The notes under the pieces were generated by a model. The model was given only the letters and a program-made list of their open reading frames with translations, did no database searches and was not told the DNA's origin. Positions 54,697-62,600 of a stretch of DNA of 64,000 nucleotides are shown here, in pieces; the stretch's first letter is position 1, and the number at the start of each line of letters is the position of its first letter. The DNA comes from Candidatus Woesearchaeota archaeon (lineage in GTDB: Archaea > Nanobdellota > Nanobdellia > SCGC-AAA011-G17 > PNOQ01): positions 88,684 through 152,683 of the forward strand of contig CAYFNK010000001.1 of the NCBI GenBank assembly GCA_964344555.1, written 5' to 3'. The position numbers and the translations under genes were made by a program.

Positions 54697-55101
54697 TTAT
54701 AAAAGATTTTGTATCTTTTTTTTCATATTTTCAAATTCTTCTTCACTAGGTTTAAAGTTTTCACAGCTAAAACTAATTTTATCACCTTTATTTCTAGGGA
54801 TGATATGGTAGTGAACATGTGGGACTATTTGTCCAGCTGCAATTTTATTATTTTGATTAACATTATATCCTTCATTTAATTTCAGAATTGCTTTTCCTAT
54901 CTTTTGAGTAGTTTTTATTACTGCATTAGCAGATTCTTCATCCATTTCATCCATAGTTTCATAATGTTTTTTTGGAATAACTAGGCTATGTCCCTCTGCA
55001 GCAGGACTTACATCTAAGAAAGCATAACTTTTTTCATCTTCATAAAGTTTAGTTGAAGGAGCTTTTCCTTTCAATATTTTACAAAAAACACAATTTCCCA
55101 T
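54697..55101 (-). CDS. HIT (histidine triad) family nucleotide hydrolase
   Basis: 'CVFCKIL' lies near the N-terminus and the triad is 'VPHVHYHIIPR'. Confidence 0.9.
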   Translation of the reverse strand: MGNCVFCKILKGKAPSTKLYEDEKSYAFLDVSPAAEGHSLVIPKKHYETMDEMDEESANAVIKTTQKIGKAILKLNEGYNVNQNNKIAAGQIVPHVHYHIIPRNKGDKISFSCENFKPSEEEFENMKKKIQNLL

Positions 55102-55139
55102 TCTATAATTTATTTATTGATAATATAAAAAATTAACTA

Positions 55140-55210
55140 TGGACCAACCGGGAATCGAACCCGGATTTAGCGACTGCCAGCCGCTTGTGATACCACTACA
55201 CTACAGGCCC
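55140..55210 (-). tRNA. tRNA-Ala (GGC)
   Basis: Hand-folded 71-nt cloverleaf: acceptor GGGCCUG/UUGGUCC with the G3:U70 Ala identity pair (but a U6-U67 mismatch), anticodon stem AGCGG/UCGCU with loop CU-GGC-AG, 4-nt variable loop, T-arm CCGGG-UUCGAUU-CCCGG, discriminator A. The 5' end abuts the rtcB stop codon. Confidence 0.75.
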
Positions 55211-56647
55211 TTAACCTTTCAAAACACCCATTGGCCTTAATCTAACAACTAAGTTACCAATTCCTGCATCATGACTTGCTTGAACAACTTCATCTACGTC
55301 TTTGTAGGCGCCTGGAGCTTCTTCAGTGATTCCTTTCAAACTTCTACTCTTAATATAAATCTTCCTCCCTTCCAACTCATTCTTAACTCTTTCAGCATTA
55401 TATTCTTTGTTAGCTTGATGTCTAGACATAGTTCTACCTGCCCCATGAGCGGTACTTCCAAAAGTCTCTTTCATAGAAGTTTTACTCCCAACCAATACAT
55501 AAGAAGCAGTACCCATACTTCCAGGTAAAATAATAGGTTGTCCAACTTTCTTATATTTCTTAGGAACTTCTTCTAAATTTGGACCAAATGCCCTAGTAGC
55601 ACCTTTCCTATGAACATAAACTTCAACTTCTTTTCCATCAAATTTATGCTTCTCTAACTTAGCCATATTATGTGCAACATCATACACTGTATCTATCTTA
55701 ACTTTATCTCCAAACACTTCATTAAAAGATTCTCTAACTCTATGTGCAATCATATGTCTATTACACCATGCAAAATTAGCAGCCGCACTCATTGCCTTAA
55801 AATAATCTTTAGCAATTTTACTATTAGCAGGAGCATATGCAAGTTCTCTATCTGGAATGTTTTTCATAATTTCAGGCAAACTATCTTCCATTCTTCTCAA
55901 ATAATCGGAACAAACTTGGTGGCCTAAGCCACGACTACCACAGTGAATCATAATTGCAACATCATCTTTTTCTAAACCAAAAGTTTTTGCAGCAGTTTCA
56001 TCTAAGATTTTATCTACATATTGGATTTCTAAAAAATGATTTCCTGCACCAAGAGTACCCAATTGATTTTTCCCTCTCGATTTTGAATGATGACTAATCT
56101 TAGAAGGGTCTGCACTCCTCATAGTTCCATTCTCTTCACAAAATTCTAAATCTTCTTTAACTCCATATCCATTTTTAACAGCCCATGCAGCACCTTCTTT
56201 CAATACCATATCGAGTTCTTTCTCTTCCAATCTCAAACTGGATTTAATCCCTACTCCGCAAGGGACCTTAGAAAACATAATATCTAACAATTTCTGAGTT
56301 TTACCTTCGACATCTTTTCTTTTAAGATTAGTTCTTAATAATCTAACTCCGCAATTGATATCATAACCAATTCCTCCCGGAGATATAACTCCCTTCTTAG
56401 AATCAAAAGCAGCAACACCTCCAACAGGGAAACCATATCCCATATGTACATCAGGCATAGCCATGGCCTTTCCAACAATTCCCGGTAAACTAGCTACATT
56501 TTTTATCTGATTAACACTCTTTTCATCAAGAGTATCTATCAAATCTTCAGAAATATAAATTTCAACAGGAACATTCATGTCCCCTTCTTTCTCTAACATA
56601 TATTTGAAAGCATTTACTTTCTTTAGTTTACTTTTCAATTCTTCCAT
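55211..56647 (-). CDS. rtcB: RtcB RNA 3'-phosphate ligase (tRNA-splicing ligase)
   Basis: 'MPDVHMGYGFPVGG', 'GYDINCGVR', 'LGAGNHFLE', 'MIHCGSRGLGHQ' and 'STAHGAGR' match RtcB. At 478 aa it has no intein. Confidence 0.95.
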   Translation of the reverse strand: MEELKSKLKKVNAFKYMLEKEGDMNVPVEIYISEDLIDTLDEKSVNQIKNVASLPGIVGKAMAMPDVHMGYGFPVGGVAAFDSKKGVISPGGIGYDINCGVRLLRTNLKRKDVEGKTQKLLDIMFSKVPCGVGIKSSLRLEEKELDMVLKEGAAWAVKNGYGVKEDLEFCEENGTMRSADPSKISHHSKSRGKNQLGTLGAGNHFLEIQYVDKILDETAAKTFGLEKDDVAIMIHCGSRGLGHQVCSDYLRRMEDSLPEIMKNIPDRELAYAPANSKIAKDYFKAMSAAANFAWCNRHMIAHRVRESFNEVFGDKVKIDTVYDVAHNMAKLEKHKFDGKEVEVYVHRKGATRAFGPNLEEVPKKYKKVGQPIILPGSMGTASYVLVGSKTSMKETFGSTAHGAGRTMSRHQANKEYNAERVKNELEGRKIYIKSRSLKGITEEAPGAYKDVDEVVQASHDAGIGNLVVRLRPMGVLKG

Positions 56648-56648
56648 T

Positions 56649-57065
56649 TTAAATATCCAACACTACAATGGCATAGCATTCTTCTTTTTCTTCGACAATT
56701 TTCATATCTGCATAGGTTGCAGCCTTAACATCTCCATGAGTATCATAATTTGAAACATCGTCTCCACTAATCTCTACATCAAGTAAGTAATTTTTACTTT
56801 TACTTATCTTCAATTTATTAATCTTTCCACCAATAAAATCTTCAGAATCGATAAGGATAATTAGTCTTTCTAAAAAATCATACAATAAGGATTCCTTACT
56901 TTTACTTTCTATCTTGAACTTCTTTTTTTCATTCAATTTTATCTTTCTCACGTCGATAAGAACATTATATGTAGCCAAAGCAGAACTAGAAAAAACTTCT
57001 TCTAAATTTTTGCCTTCTGCCTTAAATTTTACATCTGCAGTGTGAGGTAAGTATTGAAAGCCCAT
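56649..57065 (-). CDS. Archease (RtcB activator)
   Basis: 'FQYLPHTADVKFKAEGKNLEEVF' and 'VKAATYADM' match archease. It lies 1 nt upstream of rtcB. Confidence 0.9.
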   Translation of the reverse strand: MGFQYLPHTADVKFKAEGKNLEEVFSSSALATYNVLIDVRKIKLNEKKKFKIESKSKESLLYDFLERLIILIDSEDFIGGKINKLKISKSKNYLLDVEISGDDVSNYDTHGDVKAATYADMKIVEEKEECYAIVVLDI

Positions 57066-57182
57066 ATTTTATCAAGACATACATTTCTTTAAAAAAATTG
57101 TCTTTTATGAGAGAATAATAATAAAGTTTATAAACAAATGAAGTAAAAAACAATCGTAAATCATATTCGATCTTTTAAAAAA

Positions 57183-57189
57183 GGAGGTG
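57183..57189 (+). promoter_or_regulatory. Strong Shine-Dalgarno (GGAGGTG) for the Lys-rich protein
   Basis: GGAGGTG is 10 nt upstream of ATG 57200. A TTTATAAA box at 57127-57134 would give a ~40-nt leader. Confidence 0.5.
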
Positions 57190-57199
57190 CAAAATCGAA

Positions 57200-57496
57200 A
57201 TGGCCACTGCCAAAAAGAAAAAAGCAGTCAAGAAAAAGACTGTAAAGAAAAAAGTTGCTAAGAAAAAAGTAGCAAAAAAGAAAGCTGTTAAAAAAACTAC
57301 CAAGAAAAAGGTAGCCAAGAAAAAGGCAACCAAAAAAGTAGCAAAAAAGAAAACAACAAAGAAAAAAGTTGCTAAGAAAAAAGCAGTAAAGAAGAAAACT
57401 ACAAAAAAAAAGACTACTAAGAAAAATACTGCAAAAAAGAAAACAGCAAAGAAGAAAGCTGTTAAGAAAAAAGCAACAAAGAAAAAGAAAAAATAA
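57200..57496 (+). CDS. Extremely lysine-rich repetitive protein (histone H1 / Hc-like low-complexity basic protein)
   Basis: The 98-aa protein is built of 'KKK[VAT][AVT]KKK' units ('AVKKKTVKKKVAKKKVAKKKAVKKTTKKKVAKKK...'). The frame is maintained throughout, with its own SD and ATG. Confidence 0.7.
   Translation: MATAKKKKAVKKKTVKKKVAKKKVAKKKAVKKTTKKKVAKKKATKKVAKKKTTKKKVAKKKAVKKKTTKKKTTKKNTAKKKTAKKKAVKKKATKKKKK
57206..57493 (+). repeat. AAG/AAA-rich coding tandem repeat with an internal 114-nt duplication
   Basis: The identical 26-mer AAAGAAAAAAGTTGCTAAGAAAAAAG occurs at 57244-57269 and 57358-57383, exactly 38 codons apart. Confidence 0.7.
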
Positions 57497-57574
57497 TTCT
57501 CAAATTTTAATTTAATCTTTTTCTATTTTTTTATCAAAACTTATTTATACTATAATCTTCAAAATAATTTTATT

Positions 57575-58726
57575 ATGAAAGAGCTATCTGAAAGAGAGGT
57601 TGAATTACCAGATGCAATGATTGGTAGGTTACAAAAAATAGCTTCTGAGTCCAAAGACATAATTTCCTTAGGACCTGGGGAACCAGATTTTTTAACCCCA
57701 AAACCAATTCTTAATTTTGCCAAAAAATCTTTTAAAAGTTCTACCCATTATACTGCTGCAGAAGGAATGACTGAATTGAGAGAAGCTATTTCTAAAAAAT
57801 TAAGAAAAGATAATAAAATAAAATTACCAAAAGAGAACATTTTAGTCTCCGCAGGAAGTCAGGCTGCAATTTTTTCAGCACTGCTTTCTACATTAGATCC
57901 AGGAGACCAAATAGTTCTATCTAATCCTTCGTACTTAGGATATACTCCTGCAATAGATTTAGTTAGTGCTTCTCCTTCATATGTTAAACTTGAAGAAGAA
58001 GATAAATTTGAAATAAATCCAGATGAAGTAAAAAAAGCAATAAACAAAAAGAAAACTAGGATCTTAATATTAAATTCTCCTGCAAACCCTACCGGAAATG
58101 TAATAAGAAAAAAAGTTCTAGAGGAATTAGCAGATATTGCAGTAAACAATGATATTTACATTTTTTCAGATGAGGCATATGAAAAAATAATTTATGATAA
58201 GAAACCTCACTCTATTGGTTCATTAAATGGTATGAAAGATTATGTTTTAACTTTCCAAACTTTCTCAAAAAGTTATGCAATGGCCGGATTTAGATTAGGT
58301 TATGCCGCAGGACCAAAAGAATTAATTGATGCAATGGCAAAAACTTCACATTATCTCACAGTTTGTCCACCTCATTTTGCACAATTAGCAGGAATAAATG
58401 CTTTATCTATGAATACAAAATACATAGACAAGATGGTTAATGAATATCAAAGAAGAAGAGATTTTATAGTAAAAAAACTTAATGACATAGGTCTTCCAAC
58501 GGTAAATCCAGATGGAGCATTTTATGCTTTTTCAAACATTCAAGATTATTCTAAAAATAGCGTAAACTTTGCTAAAAAATTAATAAAAGATATAAAAGTT
58601 GCAGCAGTTCCCGGTTCTGAATTTGGAAAATTTGGGGAAGGATATTTGAGATTTAGTTATGCAACAGATTATAAATTAATAAAAAAAGCAATGGAGAGAC
58701 TAGAAGACTATTTGAAAAAAAAATAA
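57575..58726 (+). CDS. Class I/II PLP-dependent aminotransferase (aspartate/aromatic type)
   Basis: Motifs are 'LGPGEPDF', 'NSPANPTG', 'SDEAYEKIIYD' and the PLP-Lys motif 'FSKSYAMAGFRLGY'. Confidence 0.9.
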   Translation: MKELSEREVELPDAMIGRLQKIASESKDIISLGPGEPDFLTPKPILNFAKKSFKSSTHYTAAEGMTELREAISKKLRKDNKIKLPKENILVSAGSQAAIFSALLSTLDPGDQIVLSNPSYLGYTPAIDLVSASPSYVKLEEEDKFEINPDEVKKAINKKKTRILILNSPANPTGNVIRKKVLEELADIAVNNDIYIFSDEAYEKIIYDKKPHSIGSLNGMKDYVLTFQTFSKSYAMAGFRLGYAAGPKELIDAMAKTSHYLTVCPPHFAQLAGINALSMNTKYIDKMVNEYQRRRDFIVKKLNDIGLPTVNPDGAFYAFSNIQDYSKNSVNFAKKLIKDIKVAAVPGSEFGKFGEGYLRFSYATDYKLIKKAMERLEDYLKKK

Positions 58727-58846
58727 TTATTTTTTCTCTATTTTTCCAGCTCTTCTTTTTCCACCTTTTTTATACTTAGTATATCTAGATTTTTCTTTCT
58801 TATCTCTTTTAGATTTTCTCTTTCCATAATGGGGATCGTCAGACAT
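58727..58846 (-). CDS. Possible small basic protein (39 aa), not in the ORF track
   Basis: ATG 58844-58846 to TAA gives 'MSDDPHYGKRKSKRDKKEKSRYTKYKKGGKRRAGKIEKK'. It fills an otherwise empty 142-nt gap. Its stop abuts the aminotransferase stop as TAATTA, the same architecture as three other convergent pairs. Confidence 0.35.
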   Translation of the reverse strand: MSDDPHYGKRKSKRDKKEKSRYTKYKKGGKRRAGKIEKK

Positions 58847-58868
58847 ATTCTTATTTAGATTTTACTAT

Positions 58869-59561
58869 TTAAATTTCTTTTCCATACTTTTCTGTTTTGA
58901 TATTTTTCTCATCTATTCCAATTTCTTTTAATTTTTCAACAATAAAATTAACAAAACCTAATGGTCCACAAACATAAATTAAAGAATTCTTATCTTCAAT
59001 ATGAACCTCCAACTCAGAACTAGTTAATCTTCCTTTATGCTCGCTCCATTCTTCATCTTCATTTGTAATAGTAATTAATGCATCAAAATTATCATGTTTT
59101 TCTTTTAATTCTTCTATCTCCTCCCGGTAAGTTATTTCTCTAGAGGTTTTTGTGCTGTATAGTAATTTAATTTTGTTCTCATAATTATTATCTAAAATAA
59201 ATCTAAGGATACTGTGCAATGTGCTTATTCCTGATCCGCCAGCAATAAGAACTATATTTTTGTTGCTACTTCCATCAAAAGTAAAATTTCCATAAGGCCC
59301 TTCAATTTCAACAATATCTCCTAGCTTCAGATTGTCTATTTCTTTTGTAAACCTCCCCTCATTGTATATCTTAATAGTTAAGGTGATTTTATCGGTTTCT
59401 CCCCCCGGTGAAGAGATAGAATATGGTCTAGAAAAATCAACTTCAGGAATACTTAATTTAATACATTGGCCAGATACAAATTCAAACACGTTTTCTAACT
59501 TAAGAGTAAATATCTTAGTATCTTTTGTATTCTGCTCAATGTTTATTATTTCTGCTTTCAT
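58869..59561 (-). CDS. Ferredoxin-NADP reductase-like FAD/NAD(P)-binding oxidoreductase
   Basis: Motifs are FAD 'RPYSISS', 'GPYGNF' and NAD(P) 'LIAGGSGISTLHSIL'. There is no C-terminal Fe-S Cys cluster. Confidence 0.8.
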   Translation of the reverse strand: MKAEIINIEQNTKDTKIFTLKLENVFEFVSGQCIKLSIPEVDFSRPYSISSPGGETDKITLTIKIYNEGRFTKEIDNLKLGDIVEIEGPYGNFTFDGSSNKNIVLIAGGSGISTLHSILRFILDNNYENKIKLLYSTKTSREITYREEIEELKEKHDNFDALITITNEDEEWSEHKGRLTSSELEVHIEDKNSLIYVCGPLGFVNFIVEKLKEIGIDEKNIKTEKYGKEI

Positions 59562-59582
59562 AATAATCGGAGAATATATATC

Positions 59583-60689
59583 TTATTTATGTTTTTTGAT
59601 TCTCTCTGTGGCTATATTTATTGCAGCCCTTCTAGTAGAACATCTATTTTTTTTTGCAGTGTCTAAAACCAATTTTGTATTTTTTATTATTTTATTCTCA
59701 ACTAATCTGAACATAGTTTTAGGATTATATCCTTTATATTCTGCATAAGAACTGATAACTCCTCCAGCATTTGCAATTATATCTGGAACAATTAAAATTC
59801 CTCTTTTATGCAATTTATCCTCAATATCTTGTTTGATAGGGATATTTGCAGCTTCAACTATTATTTTTGATTTTACACTTTTGTAATTTATATCATTGAT
59901 AACATCTGGTAATGCACCTGGGATAAGGACATCTACTTTTAATCCAAATAATTTAGAGTTTGGTAAAACTTTTCCTGGCCTATAATTAATTACACTTCCT
60001 TTTTCTTTCTTTATTTTTAGCAGCTTATTATAATCTAATCCTTCTTTATTATACATTGTTCCTTTAGAATCAGAAACAGCAACAACTTTGATACCAGATT
60101 CCTCTAGATGTTTCATCGTGAAAGTTCCAACATTTCCAAAACCTTCTATTGCAACTTTAGGGCTTTCAAGTCCAATATGTTTGATTGCTACCATTGCCGC
60201 TTTCGCAACCCCAAAGCCTGTGCTCCCATACTCATGAGGTAGACCACATTCTTCTCCTGGGCTCACGCAAAGATCAGAAGGTTTTCCCGTACAAGACTTC
60301 ATATTTCCATTTGCCTTAGCATAAACTGCCATTTCATCTTCACCCATATTCATATCTGGAGCTGCAATGTATTCTTTAGGAGAGATATTTTTCAAAGATT
60401 TAGCAAATGCCACAATTAGTTTTTTCTTTTCATTAGTAGAAATTTCTCTATCATCCGCAACGATTCCAGATTTTGCCCCACCAAAAGGCAAATTAGATAA
60501 TGAACATTTTAAAGTCATAGCCCTAGCAAGTCTTGAAACTTCTTCAACAGTAACAGAGGGAGTCATTCTTATTCCACCCTTTCCAGGTCCTCTTTTGGTG
60601 TTATCAATAACAACAAAACCCTTCATCCCAGATTTGGAGTCATAAACTTCAACTATTTTTTCAGGACCTAACTCGTCATGTATCACCAT
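59583..60689 (-). CDS. Glu/Leu/Phe/Val dehydrogenase family (short glutamate dehydrogenase-like)
   Basis: 'RGPGKGGIRMTP' and 'PFGGAKSGI' are present, with the Rossmann motif 'IEGFGNVGTF'. At 368 aa it is shorter than the classical hexameric GDH. Confidence 0.85.
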   Translation of the reverse strand: MVIHDELGPEKIVEVYDSKSGMKGFVVIDNTKRGPGKGGIRMTPSVTVEEVSRLARAMTLKCSLSNLPFGGAKSGIVADDREISTNEKKKLIVAFAKSLKNISPKEYIAAPDMNMGEDEMAVYAKANGNMKSCTGKPSDLCVSPGEECGLPHEYGSTGFGVAKAAMVAIKHIGLESPKVAIEGFGNVGTFTMKHLEESGIKVVAVSDSKGTMYNKEGLDYNKLLKIKKEKGSVINYRPGKVLPNSKLFGLKVDVLIPGALPDVINDINYKSVKSKIIVEAANIPIKQDIEDKLHKRGILIVPDIIANAGGVISSYAEYKGYNPKTMFRLVENKIIKNTKLVLDTAKKNRCSTRRAAINIATERIKKHK

Positions 60690-60743
60690 ATCTACTCTTT
60701 AATTTTTTGAGGTTTATATCTTTTTTGTTTGGTAATCCAAAAC

Positions 60744-60753
60744 TATTTAAATA
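60744..60753 (+). promoter_or_regulatory. TATA-box candidate (TATTTAAATA) for the VKOR-like gene
   Basis: It is centred about 25 nt upstream of ATG 60773. Confidence 0.4.
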
Positions 60754-60772
60754 AAATTTTTAATTAAGTTTT

Positions 60773-61174
60773 ATGGAAAATTATATTTTGATCTTACTAC
60801 TAGTTCTATCACTTTTAGGAATGACAAATGCATCTTATTTGATAATAAGTCGTTACAATAAAAAACCTTTAGCATGTCCAATAAATCATCAATGTAACGA
60901 AGTAGTACAGTAAATGGTCCAAAATATTTTATATAAACAATGATATATCATTGGATTATTATTTTACATTTTTTTATTATTTGGAATAATTTTTATAAGA
61001 ATAATTGAAAATAGCACAATTTCCTTGCCGATTATGTTATCTGCTATCTTAGCATTACTATTTTCTATATTCCTAACAATAATCCAACTGTTTGTTCTTA
61101 GAAAAAAGTGTTTTTATTGCCTTACTTCGGCAGTAATCAATTTATTTATTTTTTTAATCATAATATTAAATTAA
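60773..61174 (+). pseudogene. VKOR (vitamin K epoxide reductase) family gene interrupted by two compensating frameshifts
   Basis: Frame 0 gives TM1 plus the loop Cys pair ('LACPINHQCNEVVQ') and then TAA at 60911. The +1 frame at 60912-60953 reads 'KWSKIFYINNDISL', which is the conserved VKOR Ser/Trp loop. Frame 0 resumes at 60953 with 'GLLFYIF...' and carries the active-site 'CFYC' at the start of the last TM. In-frame stops are TAA 60911 and TGA 60941. Confidence 0.7.
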
Positions 61175-61752
61175 AATCCAAAAAGGATCATCAATCCCAT
61201 AATAAACATAACTATATCTTCTACTAGAGTAAATCTAGTTAAAGGAATCTTGACCTTAGCACCAAGACAAGCACATCTTATCTTATCTTTACTAAATATA
61301 TTTTTTCCAATGCCTATTGAACCAATTCCCATAATCAAAACTGTAAGTCCTGCAGCATACATAATTTGAAATTTAAGTAAGAACATAATTCCCAATAATA
61401 ATTCAATAAATGGATAAATATACAAATAACTTCTGCTCTTAGCAGCAACTAGATCGTACTTAGCAAACATATTAGCAAATCTTCTTAGATCTATTAATTT
61501 TAATCCTGAAAGAAGTAAAAAAACAATTCCCATAAATGGCAACATATAACCAGAAAAATAAACTCCTATTGCAACAGCAACAAGAACAAAAGATAAGAAT
61601 ATTTCAATAAAATGACTTTCTTTCTTCCCTTTAAACTTAGTTAAGCACTGGTTACTACAAAAGAAATATTTATTGTCCAGAGATAATCCACTTTCTTTTG
61701 CTTCTTTTGGATCAACTTCCATTCCGCAAATTGGATCTTCTTTAGTTTCCAT
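61171..61752 (-). CDS. YHS/TRASH metal-binding domain fused to MauE/DoxX-like redox membrane protein
   Basis: The N-terminal 'DPICGMEVDPKEA...KYFFCSNQCLTKF' is a YHS/TRASH domain. Four or five TM segments follow, with 'KLIDLRRFANMFAKYDL' and the 'RCACLG' Cys pair typical of MauE. Confidence 0.7.
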   Translation of the reverse strand: METKEDPICGMEVDPKEAKESGLSLDNKYFFCSNQCLTKFKGKKESHFIEIFLSFVLVAVAIGVYFSGYMLPFMGIVFLLLSGLKLIDLRRFANMFAKYDLVAAKSRSYLYIYPFIELLLGIMFLLKFQIMYAAGLTVLIMGIGSIGIGKNIFSKDKIRCACLGAKVKIPLTRFTLVEDIVMFIMGLMILFGF

Positions 61753-62095
61753 ATGCTTGCAAGTTTTCTAGGCTTTCAAAATAGTAAACATTTCCTTCAA
61801 AGTCTGCACCAGTTACTGCAGTAGCTTTATCTACAGAGTTTTTACTTACAGGATCAATAGCAACTCTTGAAGAAGGATCATTTTCTAATTTTGCCTTACA
61901 GCCCATGCAACAACCATAATAAGTAAGTCCATTTACTTCAACAGGTATTTGAGGAGTATTATACAAATTATTATTTATCATACAAACATACTCTGATTCT
62001 ACTTGCACTACACTATATCCTGTAACGTCTGATCCGTTGCCACATGAGGAAACTAGCATCAATAATCCAATCAAAATATAAGTTTTTAATTTCAT
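61742..62095 (-). CDS. Putative secreted lipoprotein with Cys cluster and YHS-like C-terminal module
   Basis: It has a signal peptide plus lipobox-like 'LLMLVSSCG'. Also present are 'YVCMINNN...YYGCCMGCKAKL' and 'AIDPVSKNSVDKATAV...GNVYYFESLENLQAY', which follows the YHS-domain pattern without its Cys. It overlaps the downstream gene by 11 nt. Confidence 0.55.
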   Translation of the reverse strand: MKLKTYILIGLLMLVSSCGNGSDVTGYSVVQVESEYVCMINNNLYNTPQIPVEVNGLTYYGCCMGCKAKLENDPSSRVAIDPVSKNSVDKATAVTGADFEGNVYYFESLENLQAYGN

Positions 62096-62120
62096 CTTTC
62101 TAAATTACCTCCATTCATAT

Positions 62121-62600
62121 CTAAGTTTTTCCTATGTTTATTTTACATACCGTCGGTTTAGATAATAAAATAATAGAAATTACAAGTAAAACCATAGAAC
62201 CTATTTGTAACTCTAATCCTTTAAATGGGAGATCGGTTAAAGAAGCGGTAACTCCAAAAATCCCCAAAAATGCTGGAAATAATCCCACAAAACAAGCGGG
62301 GCAAGCACCTCCTAATAATCCTCCAAAAATCCCCAATGCTGTAAAACTTCCAGCCCCACTAAGCTGTCTGAGCTCTTTTAATTTCATTATAACCAAATTT
62401 AAACTAATTGCAACAAATATTCCTACAAAAATTGTTGCAATCAGACTAAGTTTACCTGATAAAGTAGAAAAAAGAAACATATAAGTGCCAGAAATACCGT
62501 TCACAAAAAAATTTAATGCAAGATATCCAATAAAGAAAATCATAAAATAATAACTATATGGCTTAGAAATAATTGATTTTTTTATTTTATCCAGATTCAT
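62121..62600 (-). CDS. Hypothetical 4-TM membrane protein with intramembrane CPAC motif
   Basis: The Gly-rich 'GIFGGLLGGACPACFVGLFPAFLGIFG' sits at a helix start. I recognise no family. Its ATG overlaps the glyS stop (ATGA at 62597-62600). Confidence 0.6.
   Translation of the reverse strand: MNLDKIKKSIISKPYSYYFMIFFIGYLALNFFVNGISGTYMFLFSTLSGKLSLIATIFVGIFVAISLNLVIMKLKELRQLSGAGSFTALGIFGGLLGGACPACFVGLFPAFLGIFGVTASLTDLPFKGLELQIGSMVLLVISIILLSKPTVCKINIGKT

Noticed and set aside
57200-57496. The A-rich repeat could be a non-coding microsatellite rather than a gene.
   Set aside because: A strong SD and ATG precede it. The frame is preserved over 98 codons, including non-repeat codons (GCC, ACT, GTA, GCT variants). 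The only stop is at the end. It is therefore treated as coding, with moderate confidence.
60911-60943. The in-frame TAA and TGA in the VKOR-like gene could indicate stop-codon reassignment or selenocysteine/readthrough recoding.
   Set aside because: TAA and TGA terminate dozens of neighbouring genes at the expected positions. The conserved VKOR loop motif appears only in the +1 frame between the two sites, which points to frameshifts rather than recoding. No SECIS-like hairpin is evident.
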